A stretch of DNA of 61,084 nucleotides from Catajapyx aquilonaris (Eukaryota). Positions 23,507 through 37,552 of the stretch are shown in pieces. The translations under genes were made by a program, and so were the position numbers. The notes under the pieces were generated by a model that was given only the letters and a program-made list of their open reading frames with translations, made no database searches and was not told where the DNA came from. The stretch spans positions 1 to 61,084 of the forward strand of contig KZ538567.1 of the NCBI GenBank assembly GCA_000934665.2. The letters run 5' to 3'. How positions within the stretch are numbered: position 1 is the stretch's first letter; each line of letters opens with the position of its first letter.

Positions 23507-24207
23507 CAATGTTGGACATTAATCGCGTCGTATTGCTAGCGACATTTTCTGCAAATCGAAGTGATAGAGTGCGAGCCGTGCGAATAAGAAGAGGTAGGCC
23601 TTAAAGGGACACTCCACTCAAAAAAACAAGTTGGCTTCTAAAGATTGGGCAAAAAATCCTGAATCCGACGGTGCAATCCGTTTTTCGCTACGCGGAACGG
23701 TAATCCCAGGGCGAGAGGTCAAAATCTGTCGTCTGCTAATGAGCGGTGCGGCGCGCCGCCGCCACGCGGGGAACAGGGGAACTGGAGGGCTGCACCGCTC
23801 TGGGATGGGCCTAAGCGCGCGGACAGGCGGGAGCAGCCCTCCAGTTCCCAAGGTCCCGAGGGCGGCGCTGGCGGAGCGGCCATCTTTTAGCGCACTATTT
23901 GCATTTCCCCACTTTGACCCCTCGCCCTGAGATTACCGTTCCGCGTAGCGAAAAACGGATTGCACCTTCGGATTCGGGATTTTTTGCCCTATTTTTAGAG
24001 CCAAACTTGTTTTATGAGTGGAGTGTCCCTTTAAGTGACGTCAACGTCTGGGGGGCAATGAAGAAAAAGGCTTGTCCCCCAGCCAGTGACGTCACCCAAG
24101 GCCTACCCTTTTGTACTCGTATGGCTAGCGCTCTATCACTTCGATTTGTACGTCTGCCGCATCGGAAAATGTCTCTAGCAGTATGATGGAATTAATGTCC
24201 AGCACTA
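23507..24207. mobile_element. Tc1/mariner-type palindromic MITE interrupted by a Kolobok-like insertion
   Basis: TA-CAATGTTGGACATTAAT ... ATTAATGTCCAGCACTA-TA. Collinear with the intact copy at 43316-43610 once 23605-24034 is removed. Confidence 0.88.
23605..24030. mobile_element. Kolobok-like non-autonomous DNA transposon (TTAA TSD)
   Basis: TTAA at 23601-23604 and 24031-24034. ~120-bp TIRs AGGGACACTCCACTCA ... TGAGTGGAGTGTCCCT. Purine-starting ends favour Kolobok over piggyBac (CCC). Confidence 0.85.
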
Positions 24208-24884
24208 TACTGTAATGGACAACCTGAGACCCATTCGGATTATGGACCTACTTCTCTTGATGGTATTACGTCCACTGGACAGATTAGAAACAAAATGACG
24301 TACTTTTGGACGCAATCTTATTGAACTAATAAACAACGATGACCGTACAGGGAAATCAAAGGAAGATGCGCTCGAGGATGAAAAAATAAATAATTACAAC
24401 CCCAATCAGCTGGGTCTTTAAAACGTAAACATTACGCTCCTGTGGACACCTGTAAACAGATTAGGTCCTTTTTTTAAATCCTCAGAAATTGCTAAGTACA
24501 CAGCAACAGATTTTAGGACATTAGAGCGAAAAATCTGCGCTTAAATTCTCTCTATTCATCACAAGCTCAACAAGATTAGCTGAGCTGGCAACGAAAACGT
24601 CGTGTTAATTTCATTGCTTCGTTAGTAATGGCCGGTACTCATTAAAACAAACTCGTCATGGCCCCAAGTTTAATGTATATACGGATAGTGACTGTTTCGG
24701 GGATTCATCGTTGCGTAACGGTGTTAATTTGGTGGTTACACGCAGCATCCATTCAGGCGACCTTTCACTCCTGGATGACATTTAGGGAGGTAAATCTGTG
24801 ACAAAAGGGGGTGGTGAAGACAATGTGCAAAAACTAGGGAAAAGGTGGGAGGAGCTGGAAGGGGGGGGGGGAGGTTGAATTTGC

Positions 24885-25137
24885 AAAATGTCACGTGAGC
24901 AGAGTGCGCGCGGAGGGGGGGGAGGAGGAAGGGGGGTAAAGTTCCTCCCCAACCACCCCTCCCTTTCCCCTCCCACTTCTCTCTCCAGCAAAATCTCCCA
25001 ACTCAACTATACTACAGTTGCTGGCAGTTTGCCACACGGGTTGTGTGTATCGGGGGAGCTTCTATAAAGCACATTGTTAGCACGCCGCGTTTGTTGTCTT
25101 GCTGCAGGGATACGGAGCCGACACAACAAACGAGGGG
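24885..25137 (+). other. Candidate promoter and non-coding first exon of a large + strand gene
   Basis: GC/CpG-richer patch, E-box gTCACGTGA at 24890-24898, purine/pyrimidine tracts, and a strong donor G|gtaagt at 25138. Confidence 0.3.
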
Positions 25138-25289
25138 GTAAGTTTTGTTGTCACCGGCTTGAATTTTGCCGCCTGAAAGATGGCCGCTTGGTGTATATAT
25201 AGTTGAATACCCTTTTACTTGAAACGAACGTGTGAGCTGCTTATTATTAAGCAGTTTGCTAACATATTAGCTGCTCTGATGCATTTACG

Positions 25290-25990
25290 AGCACTATTAG
25301 TTATTCGTGGAAAATATCTGTCTATATATAAAAGGCAACGTTTGATAGCTTGTTTGTTTGTCCAAACGTGTAGCACTTTGTAAAGATATTAGCTGCCCTG
25401 CTGCATTTACGAGCAGTATTAGTATTAGTAAATATCTGCCTATACAATTATGCAAATTATACAGTATACAAATATACAATATATACATATAAAAGGCAAA
25501 GGTTGTTTGTCTGTTTGCCTATTTTAGCCATTTCGTACCCATTTTATACACAGGTGAAGAACTGGTTCCGTGCTATAGGTATTAATTAAATAATTATTAC
25601 TTTATCACATTTAGCACTGTTATTAGTAGATATTATCTGTCTATATATAATAGGCAAAGTTGGTTTGCTTGGTTGTCCATTTTAGCAATTTGGTACCAGT
25701 TTTTTTAAACCCATACGAAGAAGTGGTTCCCTGCTAGTTATTTTGTTAATCATACATTGATCTCCATTATATAAGACAAAGTTTTCATGTCCATTTCATA
25801 CCCATTTTAAACCAATCTTATACCCGTTTCATGCCTATATTTCATACCAATTTTATATCCGTTTCATACCTATTTCATACCAATTTTACACCCATTTCAT
25901 ACCAATTTTATACCCGTTTCATACCGATTTATAAATGTAGGCAAAGTTTGTTTGGTTGTCCAGGTTCGGGAACCGTGTCAACTTAGAATA
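25290..25990 (+). repeat. Tandem array of mini-Helitron-like units plus a (tttcatacc)n minisatellite
   Basis: Repeated atctgtctatatataa.aggcaa..gtttg(t/c)ttg units at ~25316, 25434, 25635 and 25761. One unit ends in gCTAGt (~25737). 10-11-bp repeats at 25790-25930. Confidence 0.65.
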
Positions 25991-27641
25991 TATTTTCAAA
26001 GTAATTATACAATTTATTGCAAAAATTTGTTAACTTTTGGACACATTGTTGGAACTTCGGCCGATCATTTTATTTAGAGGTCATTTGGTCTTAGTAGCTC
26101 TTGATGTCAAATGGGTGTGGGAATAGAGCCTGCGACACTTCCATCGCCTGCTGCACTATAATTATATCGCATTTAAATACCTGGCCCTTTCAACACTCTT
26201 TAAGTCGAGTTACGCGCAAAAATGTGACGTCATTAATGGATACATCGTGTTATCTCTGCACTAAAAGGAATTTATACAGGCCCATATGTCACCCCCCTTT
26301 TGAGATTGAGTTGCTTGGAAATAATTCATAAGTGAACTGGCAAATGCGGCCTTTCGCATTGCCCCCACTAAAATTTTGTGTACCTGATATGCAAATCTGA
26401 TTACTACACTATTATTTAATAGACACATGCTGCAGGGAATTGGCTGGTACACCATAATCACATTGTGTGAGAGCTCACAGTATCAGTTTTTATGGAACCC
26501 TGCCCCGAAAATTATGTTGTAATCCTCACAGAGAATTACTATAACGATAATATAGTTTGCACTGATCAATTAGGATAATCACACGCGATGTTGTTGTTTT
26601 TTTAATGTGGAAAGGAAAGGGTTGGATCTGATTATTATAATTTTAAACTTTGATGGTCTGACTGATCAAAGTGTTTGATTCCGATCAAGCGGCGTATAGG
26701 AGAGGGTATTTGCACTTCGGAGTTTGTATTGGCGCGATTCAATTATCCGGGGCTTAGAGGAGGTTTAAAAAAAAAAGTGCAGGGCGTGACATGGATTTGC
26801 TCAGATGGCCCTAATAAGGCAACATGCCACACCGCTACTTTTTTTTTGGTGAAATAATGTAAACATCTGTTGGCAATTTGGTTATGAATTAAACTTCATA
26901 AGACAATATTCTGCTGGTTATATCGCCCAGTAATTTCCGTAATGGGTCGTATAACCCGCAGGACATAACTTACCGGTCACGGTCACCAATACTTGCGTGA
27001 AAGAATCAAATAGGTCATATTCTGTTATATATCATATTTTAAATTAGAAATTCCCTAAAAAAAATCTGGATCCGACAGAATATTCGGGACATTTCCACCA
27101 CCATTGCAATAAGCGCACATAGTTTGCATAATTTTTGCCAGCAAGTATGTTATTGCAGTAATATTAGCATATTGATTTTTTTCTGCACTTGATTAGTTTT
27201 CGACCCCCCGCTGGTTACGCATAATACAGCTGAATTCCTCTCTTCTTTTTTTTTGAACGAAATGGTTTCAACAAATTTTATTAGTTAGCAAAATTTATTG
27301 AAATTATTATTATTTTCATAGTTCATAGGTGAAATCAGTGATCGTTAATATTAATTAAACTTATTTTAATGAGTAATAGTGATCATTTGGCTTCCCGAAA
27401 GCCCCCCCCCCCCCAACAAAATTCGCACCGTTTTTTACAGTATCCCTAAATCTCATGTTTTTTTTTCTTTATTTAGATACCGTAATTTTCTGCGTAATTC
27501 ATATTTTTTGTGATGTTGTAATGTAACCATAATCATTGTCAAGTGCATAGTATGTGCTCTTAGTAGATGAAGTTTATTAGGGTGTATATGCTTCCCTCTA
27601 AAAAGGTGTCAATCTTAGTGGTTATAATAAAATAAAACTTA

Positions 27642-27845
27642 TCTCCTAAAAGGCTTATTCTCTCCGTCGGATGTTTGTCCGATCTGATAGTATCGCTATC
27701 TCTCGCACGACCTGAGGGTGGCAGGAGTGTGCAGAGGGAATACGTGCCATATATGCGTGAAAAGTATTACTACGTTGCAAATCGACTGGACATCTCATTA
27801 AAGTTGTTTGATTGTCATTACAGGTTTTGCCTAATTTTGGCAACG
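27642..27845 (+). mobile_element. Non-autonomous Helitron-like element family A (copies at 19313-~19390, 42905-43255, 60746-60946 minus; fragments ~35105-35212 and ~54925-54985)
   Basis: Shared TCTCCTAA.AGGCTT..TCTCCGTCGGATGTTTGTCC start, subterminal ttgcc-N-ggcaa hairpin, and a CTAG|T end in the complete copies. Confidence 0.75.
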
Positions 27846-30800
27846 ATAAAATAAAATAAACAAATAGTGATCATTGGCTGCAACTGCAAAAATTTCCAAA
27901 CATTAAAAGCAACCAAGCTCTAAACTGCCTGTTGTATTGTTTACAAGCGACAAAAATTCACTAATACAATTTTGGCTCGTACTAATATATCAGTATCCTT
28001 TATGCTCCTGTCGTCGAGCATGACCCGGCTCCAGTGTTAATGACACGTAAATCCCGGCCCAAAATATTCAGGGGGCTCCAATTTGGAGGAAAAGGAATGC
28101 AAAGTGTTTGAAAGCCCCTGGCCATACACCATGGATTGTTGAAAAGACAATACGTTGGATGCCACACACACGATTGGTCGGATTCCCCCACTTTTGGGTC
28201 ACCCCCCCTCCCCTTTTCCCTCCTCGGTTTGTGATTAGTGTCCATTGTTTTCCTCTCTAGTTGCAACACATTCGGTCGTCTCTCTGGGCCAACGTCATCT
28301 ATAATTCAGACCCCTCCGATTTGTATGGCAGGCACGGAAATTCTGTGCGGAAAAGCAATTTGCCTTCCACTGTTTCAATTGCCAGTGCTCCACACCCCCA
28401 TTGCCATGCAGGTAACAACAAAAGGGACACCCCCCCCCCCCTCTAACCCTTAAAATAATATTTGGATTGATTTTTTTTGTGGTCCTTTTAATTGGAGCAT
28501 GGCTCTTGAAAAAAGACAACACGGTCAGCATGTCAGGATTATTCATGCTTCTGCATATTGCAATTTTTTTTTTTGCAGGAACGTTTACATGTCGACGCAT
28601 GGATGGGCACAGTCAGTTTGAATTAAATGAGAGGATTTTAATACCTGGGGGTTTGTTTTATGCACAGTTGCGCGGGGGGAAAAAAATCCATAGACGTCAA
28701 GTGTAATATGTGTTCATAAATTTATGTACCAGTGCACGTAATAATTCAGGCCACTCAATATCGGTGGGATGGATTCAATTATTTCATTAAATTTTGTTTG
28801 CAAAAAAAAATGCAAATAGTACGAGCCGATGTGCAGAATTTTGGCACATACTAACTGCAATGTTGATCTGCCCAGCCAAAATGCACACAGATGGAAAAAG
28901 ATGTTTTCAATCTTGCTAAAAAAAAGAGGTTATGCCTGCAGATATCTAAAAAGGAAAATTCTTGTCATCTTCCATTTTTACTCCCCCCCCCCCTCTCCCT
29001 CATCCTCTCTCTCTCCCCCCTCCATACCCTCAAGCAAAAGTTGAGAGCAGGAGGCCCTTTTGCTGCAGGCTCGTTAGAAATGCTTGATTAAATTCGTACT
29101 CCATTTCTATGAAAGAGGAAACGAGGGATATGAGACGAGGGTTACTAGAGGGGGGGACAATTTTCTACGACTATGATTTTACCTGGCCCGAGTTGCAAGT
29201 TTTCCGCATTAAAAATTGAATAAACTTTCCCTCTAGTTGAAAGTGTGGACGACAAAAATACGTGTCTTCAATTTGGTGTACTTTTGAAAATATTGAAAAA
29301 CCTGAAGTGCATTAAAACTTGTGCAGATTAATAATATTTGTGTTTATTAATTTTAATGCATACATTTATGCATAGAATGCATTTAAAAATTCAGCTTCAT
29401 ATTTGACATATTCACATATTGAATTTTTAAAATCCACATTTTCATATTACTGTATGTGAATTTTGAAAATGCAAAATGCAATTATGCATTAAAATGAATG
29501 AAGGAAAATATTATTCACTTGTCCCAGTTTTTAAGTTAGAAAATGAATAAAATTATGCACTCGAATGTTTTCAGTGAATAAATTCGTGAGAAAAAAATCA
29601 CCTACAAGTACGAGTAATATTGTCAAAAAGATGACGATTCATTCCCTAGAAATATGAGTCATTGACTACTATATGAGTGCAGGTATTTTTTGATGAGTCG
29701 ACGCCAGGTATGGATTTTTGCTGCTATAGTTACAGTTGAAGGCCTGCTATACTTGAAATGTGCTATTGGCAACCCTGCTGATCACTACGATTGAAATCAA
29801 TTGAACACTCTCTGAAAATGGTGTGAATGCTATAGTAAGTGTGCGTTTAATTTTGGCAACACCGTTTGGCATTTACCGATCCCGAAGCATTGTTTCAAAA
29901 TGTGCGAATTTTTTTTGCCAATATTTGAGATAGTGATGCCTCCAGAAAATAATAGGATATGTCATTTTTTTCCATAGCTCTTTGCGCCTGCAGCTGGTCG
30001 TGAATGTGACGGTTTGCGAATTCAAGTTTTTTCGATACATTTTTTTTTTTTGCCGATGGGAAGAATAATGGCAATGCCTTTCATTTTCTCTCGTCCTCTC
30101 CATCTCTCTCCTTCCTTCTCTCATTTTTTTGTATTAGAGAGGAGGGAAAGAGAGAGAGAAACGGGGACTTTTTTATCTTCTTTTTTTTGAAATAGATATA
30201 CGCCCCGCAGTTTTCCAGGCCCCAGCAATTTGCTGTAGATTAAGTCTGTGGATTGGTGTCCTTTTAGAACTGCCTTATTAACACTGCATGCTCTACCTGA
30301 CATTTTCATTAACGCCAGAGGGACACACGACTGATGGATTGCTGTCACACGGTTATTCAAGCTGTCGCAATAATTGTTGCATTTTTTAAGAAATTGTCAA
30401 ATTTTTTGTCATGACTTTGCAATGATGCGCGTGAGAAATAACTAATTGAATGAAGTTGACACACTGTGCACAAGATGTGCATAATAAATTGCATAATAGA
30501 GTGCAACAAATAAATAAATGCATAATTTAAATTAATAAACAGTTAAATTTTAATAAGTACATAACATTTTAAAAATTACAAATTAATGGATTAATGAATT
30601 TAAAAAATCTAATTTATTAAGTTAATTAAAATAATACATTTTAATAAATACAGTGCATATATTGAAACCTAAATTTTAATAAGCTAAATTTAATAGCCAT
30701 TTCTTGAAATGAATTTTAATGAATGAATAAATTTTATTGAAATTGTGGATTTTAACGAATGAATAAATTGTAAAAATAGTAAATGTCATTAGAAACATAA

Positions 30801-33108
30801 TTTCAACTCACACCTTCCTGAACTTGAACTAGAAGTTGCAATTATAATTAGTATTTTAATCACATCTGTTTATATCAATTATTGTTGACACGAGTGTTAT
30901 TACAAACAATTTTTTATGAGCTAAACAATTGTCGACAATGCATGTATGGCTAATCACTAGCTCATTTTACTACCTATTAATTCAAATAATTTCAGTAATA
31001 TATTGTTGTTAATTATAACAGTCAAAAACTTACAACTTGAGGGTAACGACATCGGGTTGTAAATTTCAAGTTTATGAAGCGCATCTAAAAGGAGGAAAGG
31101 GGGGAGGGGGGGCACTCTTAATTCCTCATTACGTAACAATGTGCTCGTTTGTTAATTGAGAAAAGATTTGGAGCTGTGCCAGGATTTAATGGAAAATAGA
31201 GAGGCTCCCTTTATGCGTCGGAGTTGCTCAATTTTAGAGAGGGTGTTTTGGGGGGTTGGAAAACCCCAGTCTCTGTATATAGTTTGCAGCAGGAATTTCA
31301 TTGCGTAATTATTTATGGACCGACCTCGTGCGCCTTAATAACTGCGCTGTTAAATCATTATTTCTCGAGAGGTTTTGTTATTGGCTGTTGAATAACTGGA
31401 ATAAGGTGTTATGCAACGATTACGCGACGGTTCATGGGAAGGGTCTAAAATGAAGTGTGGCCGTTTCAGCCCTATTAAATTGAACAAAATATTTTTTTGA
31501 CGACTGCAAAAATTATTATCTGCAAATATTATGTTGAGAGTATATATTTTCTATTCAATCAGGTAATTGCATTTTTCTGCAGGGAATGTTGTTAGGTTAG
31601 CTAAATGTATAGGTGCTTCAACCATCCTATTCATGTTAATTTTCAAGTTGTGACAGCCATTGCCTGAAGTACGCCCCTCCCAAAAGCGTCTATGTATAGA
31701 ACTCGGTTTGAGCCATTTGTGCAATTGGGCTCTCGTAATTCCGCCATTCAAAGAGCATTGCAAATGAAGAAGGCACAACGTCCTTTGTACAGTACAGAGA
31801 GCTTTGCACAAACTCCTCCCACCCACTCACTTGCCACACCCACAATTGTGCACCTTTTTTTTACATATAAATTCGCAACAGTTGGTGTAATACTTATAGT
31901 TCGCTTTTGATTCCTTCTCCTGGATAAACCTTCACACTTTTAGACCCGGACAAAAACCCTTCAAGACTTCACTGCCACCTGGAGACTAATCAGCTGATTC
32001 TGACAGTCCTACCTCTCCCCCTTTCTTTTATAGTACACTCTATATTGTAGAGTCTATCTGCCACTAAATCCCAGGCAGAGTTTGCTGTCTCTATATAGTC
32101 TCTGTATCTCACAAGTTCCGGACAGGGCCCGGCAAAAGCCGTCACAAAATGTATCCGGAAAATCCATACTTGCCAGTTATATGCTTTTTCCATATAACAA
32201 GGATGGTTATCGGAGCTGGAAAAAAAATGAGAGTATGACCTCAGGCTGGAAGTACAGGGTCCACAACAAATTGCTGGAAGAAACAACCAGCTTGTTCTGG
32301 TTAAATTTGTAGAATTTTTCCGCCATCCTATTGGTGGGGGGGATCGACAAACTGACATTTGAACCGGTACGCTGTACACGGCAAACGTTATCGACATATT
32401 GGCTGAAAAGACATGTCTTTTTTTTTGAGGATCTGATTGGCTTTCATCTTTTTTTCTCTCGGTTAGTCATACACAAAGGGCTGTCATGTAACGTGAAATG
32501 TTCATTGCTTTGCTGTATGGCGCACTTTGAACATGACCTGTGTATAATAGATGACAATAAGACACATTTTTGTAGCAGCTGCGTGACAACACTTTAAGTT
32601 TGATTGAATAATGAAACACCTGGTATTATAGAGCACTCTGTTTCCCACATCCCATGCTCCGCAAGCAGGGATTTAAACACTTTGAGCAACGCTGCCTTCA
32701 AAGGCTCTTAATCCCACAAACAACATGTCCCTCTTTGTACCCGAACAAAATGGACTCAAATATTTCCTCCCCATTTTTAAACATGGCAGCAAAACCGGCA
32801 TGATCTGAGCTCAGAATCCAGGTTAGAAGAGCTCTCTTTTCCTAATCCTCTCCTGCTGGTATCTCCAAGCATGCCCTGATGCCACGGAGCCTTACAGTTG
32901 GGATTACCAGCCATGGAAACTGCGCAGAGAGACCAGACTTGTCAGGTGTAGGAGGAAAGACAGGGTGTGTCTGAAGGTGCATGCTACAACTTACACTAAA
33001 ACAAATTTGGCAAATCACGCGAACGTGATTCGAGTATACTTTTTTCCATTAGGCAGTGGGAGATGAGGCTGACAACTTAGTTGAAATAGTCAGAATTGTG
33101 AGCGATAC

Positions 33109-33734
33109 CAGGGAGCATATACTACATAAGAGGCGCAAACATTCGATTCGCGCGTCTCTCTATTTGGGCCGTTGCCAAGGCTGGCTGCCATTTTGAAACG
33201 GGGGCAACGCCAACGAGGTATAAGTAGGGTACAGGCAGGCCGTAAAGGTCCGCCATCTTTGATGGTGTTAGCGGTCATGGCACTTCATGGCAAGAACACG
33301 CGCGAATTTGAATATTTTTGCAGTACTTTTTTTTACGTTACCCCGTGATAGTGCCAGAGGCCCTTATGGAGGGGTGGAATACCACAATTTTTCCTTCAAT
33401 TTTCTGAATTTTTCTTCTAACTCCGGTGCAAGGATGAAAGGACACTGGGAAGGGATAGGGATTTTTTGGGGAGGGAACTTTTTTTTTTGCAGTACTTACG
33501 GAATTAATACGTAGAAAAGTGCAAGGAGCTCATACGGCAAAAATATTCAAATTCGCGCGTGTTCTTGCCCTGAAGTGCCATGGCCGCCAAAACCATCAAA
33601 GATGCCCTGCCTGTACCCTATTTATACCTCGTTGGCGTCACCCCCGTTTCAACATGGCCGCCAGCCTTGGCAACGGCCCAAACAGAGAGACGCGCGAATT
33701 GAATGTTTCCGCCTCTTATGTAGTATGCTCCCTG
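33109..33734. mobile_element. Long-TIR foldback MITE (CAGGG...CCCTG, hAT-like ends)
   Basis: ~200-bp inverted arms 33109-33325 and 33533-33734. TSD is only degenerate (gcgatac/gcgattc). Confidence 0.85.
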
Positions 33735-34748
33735 ATGCGATTCCAATCAGACAACAATGACAGAATGTTGTCACGATCATTTCCCATTGCAAAGAAACCC
33801 ATATGACTTCCTTACATTATAACGTCCTATAACTTGCAACTCCTATGATTGGTTACAGCCCAAACTTCCTGTGTAATCATCGATGTATAGTTTGTATACT
33901 GAAGACGAACCAGCAGGCTGGAATCGATGGTAGCGAGCATCAAGGGAAAATTTGTTGTATCGGAAAAGCGAGAACAGAGCGGTAATTCATACTTGGATGG
34001 TCGACCTTATTGTTATGCTCATGGACTGTTGGGAACTAGGCCACTTGCTTCGGAGCTGAGATATTGGAAGCAGTATATCTAAATTTTGTGGCATATGTGC
34101 TGAGGAAGAGCCCCTGTCAACATTTCAGTGCAACTAAGATTTTCACATTTTTCCGAGTCCATAAATTGCGGCAGTAATTAGCATTTTCTCAGGATATGAC
34201 CTTGACAGGTTTGTTCCCAAATTCCTCCAGCATGTCAGTAGGATTGCGAATTAATGCCACTCGACTCCAGATAATGGCAGGCTCAAGTCTACCTTTGAAA
34301 AATTCACCCTTTCCTCGCCTTTTATTTAAAAGTTTCGCCTTCCGTCATGAACTTTTTTTAATATATTTCCAACCGACAGGGTCTCTCACTCTAGAGCGCA
34401 CACATGCATTATTGCCGTTCATTAATTAGGATTTAAGTTCTGCGAGTGTGCATTCGGGGGGGATGCTTATTCATGAAATCCAGACTCTCCCTTTCCCCCC
34501 CTCAGCATCCAACGGGCCCGGCTCTTCTGACTTGAACTAATTACGAACTGATAATTAGTGCCTCGCTAACTGCTTGTGAAAACTAAGGGCGTCAAAGTCG
34601 CTAGGATTGTCTCCACGTCGTGGAGAGATTGATTGAAACGGACTTTTGCTCGTGGGTGGGAGGATTTTCTCAGAGACTATTGCAGGCCATTTGTTTCATC
34701 CTGGATTTGCCGACTGTCCAAATTGTCCTGAAAACTACCAATAGTCAC

Positions 34749-34814
<66 letters not shown>
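34749..34814. repeat. (AAT)n microsatellite
   Basis: About 22 units read directly. Confidence 0.97.
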
Positions 34815-37186
34815 CGACCCCTCTGATTTGATGGTGCCATGTATAATACGATTTGAATCGTATTCGTCGTGTTTGCGTAAGGATTGTGATTGGCCCGCCG
34901 TATATTGCTACCGCGACGCTTCCAATTGGCCCCCGTTCTGCGCCTGCGCAATGGTGGGAAGAACTCTTCAGTTGCATGCAGACAGGCGGCGAGTAAACAT
35001 CACGGATCGTCTCTGACGACACTTCAAAACCCTTCTCTCTAGCCTCGAAAAACGCGATCGAAGCTAGTAGAGTGGTTTGATAGTCTTATTATATGACTCA
35101 ATACCCATCGCATAGATGGCGCATCCTACCTCTCTGCACACTGCTGCCATTCTCAAGGTAATTCGGGCGGTTGTGGTACTATCACCTCGGACAAACAAAT
35201 GGAAGATGGACAAAGTGTGATATTGTGTTGCTTGAACTGGTTATTAAATTTTTGGGCTGTGGATATGTTCAGTTCATCTCCATCTACTATATCGTTGCCA
35301 ACACATCCATCATTCAACCCCGTAAGTGTTGAAAGCACGTGTAAACACACACTCGCCTGTGGTGATAATGAAGGTCTCGACTACATTTTTTTTTGCGCAT
35401 ATGTTCGCACATTTTAAACAGCCTGTTATATCGACTGAAGATCTGTTTTGGCAACATTACACTTGCATGTTCAAAATATTATGATCAAACTCGGGGTTTG
35501 CGAATATTGTTTTGCATAATAGAGCGATAACGTTGCGAACGAGCGGAATGCAGACTATTCCTTGTTATCATAATTTTTGTGACACTGAATTTAAGCAGCA
35601 TGGCGTACATTGTTTAAAGCTGGATTTAAAGTGGTTGTAATCACCCGAGGTACAGCTATTGCTAATTATAATCCAGCTTCCATTTCAGGTGATGCGCAGT
35701 GAAACTTACCTCAGTTGCCGTGGTAGCGAAATATGGACAAACAAACAAACAAACAAACAGTCCCTTTTATAATAATAGAAGATTCAGTTACTGGCTTTTA
35801 GAGGATGTGTTATGCAACTTATAAAATTAAGTGGCCTGTAAAAATGCAAATTCTGGCCTGTTTTGCATATTTAATATTTACGTAAATTGTTTGAATAATT
35901 TACATTTAATATTTGTGCAAAATATCAGCAATGAAGCTCAGGTCTTTCAATCTTCAACTTCATCTCTCCCCGTGTGACCCATCCAGAAGCCAGGAGCCGT
36001 AAAATCGCGTTAAGTTTTCATTTATTCTGTCGCATCGCCTCATTAGCGGGGGGGCCTCTCCTTTGCGAATTTGCGAATATGACGAGAGGCAAACACAAGG
36101 GATGATGCCAGGCAAAGCGAATTTTCCATCCTCTAATAGAACTTAGCTGGATTGCGATGCATCTAACACCCCACGGGGGAGGGGGATGCTTAACACGAGT
36201 TTCGTCACGTTACATTGAAGCTACAATAAATAACTATTAATAATAAATTTAACAGGTAGGCCCTACTGAATTTAATAAAAAATTGGTGGTGACATATGTG
36301 GGTCCCGGACTTTTCGCCCCCGCCGGTTCGCTCCCGGACTTTTCGCCCCGTGGCCATTTCGCCCCCGGCGAAGATGTGACTATATTTTAAGAGGCCGTAT
36401 GCACGGGTGTAGATCCTTTCGAATTATGCTATAATTGCGATTAACAATATATTGCAGTGCTAGAAAAAAACCGAGGTTTTATCTATAGTAATGTTTAAAA
36501 TGTTTAAAAAATTTAATTTGAGAGGCTGACCTTCAGACCTGTCGGTCACATTTCCAACACTGATATTTCCATTGGCTGCTGGACGATTTCCAGTGCAGTC
36601 CTGGAGTGTAGAAACATGACCGCAAGCACAATTTGCAAGCAAAAGGGGGGAAATTAGCTTCACCGTCGCTCGACTACGGCTCAATGGAGGGAAGAGGAGG
36701 GACGAAAATTCGCACTGACTTATCGCGGAAATGGAAACTCGAAATTTTCATAATATATTTTTCGCTCTTAAATAATGGAAAAAGCTAAAAGAACTGGAGG
36801 TTGAAACTACAGACAAAAGCTGTTGTGAAATTTTGGAAGCTTGGAAGAGCCTTGTGATTTTGGGACTTTGCTCATGTCCGGACCATTATTGGCGAAACTG
36901 AAGCTGAATGTAGTAGGGAAAAGGCTTAGTTAGGAAAATGCACTACACCTGGGGGAAATTTCAAAGGTTCTTTGATGCAACTGGAGGATTTGTATGGTTA
37001 GAAATTAAGCCGATTTGCAACACTGTATTGCACAGACTTATGTTTATAATCGGCTCATGTAAATAATGTGTCAATGCTGCATTTTCTGATGGGGGGGGGG
37101 GGCTATGTTCAGTATGAATTATTTCTAATGTTTGATCAATCCATTTGAATTTTGCACATCAATAATATTTTTGCACATTTTTGCAG

Positions 37187-37552
37187 GTATTGGCTTCTGG
37201 TCTGGCTCCCTCAAAACGTGTGGGAGTGTGCATATGACTGTGCGATTGCGAATGATGCGGTCTGTCGCCACGTGACCTGGTTGCTGTGGAAACTGGTACC
37301 GAAGTAATTAGGCTGTGCTTCAAGCGGGGTCCCCCATTTTTACTCGGTCTGGGTGGTGTGCTTGAAGCTGACATGTCGACCCCAAACTTCAGCCTCTGAT
37401 TGGGAAAGAGAAGAGACCTAACTTTGAAACCACCCTGGTTTTCCAACCATGAGTCTGAGGTCGGTCAGGTCATCCAGCACCAGAAGCAAGAAGAGGAACT
37501 TCCAGCTTGAGCCGGTCAGCCACCACAGGGCATCTTCATTGTATGTCAAGAG
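37187..37552 (+). CDS. Candidate exon carrying 5' UTR and first coding segment (ATG 37449; MSLRSVRSSSTRSKKRNFQLEPVSHHRASSLYVKR) of an unidentified gene
   Basis: Strong acceptor tttttgcag|G at 37186, accATGa start, strong donor AG|gtaagt at 37552, and raised GC relative to flanks. No downstream exon found in the window. Confidence 0.5.

Noticed and set aside
34620..35022. Poly-Asn, poly-Tyr and poly-Leu ORFs
   Set aside because: Translations of the (AAT)n microsatellite.
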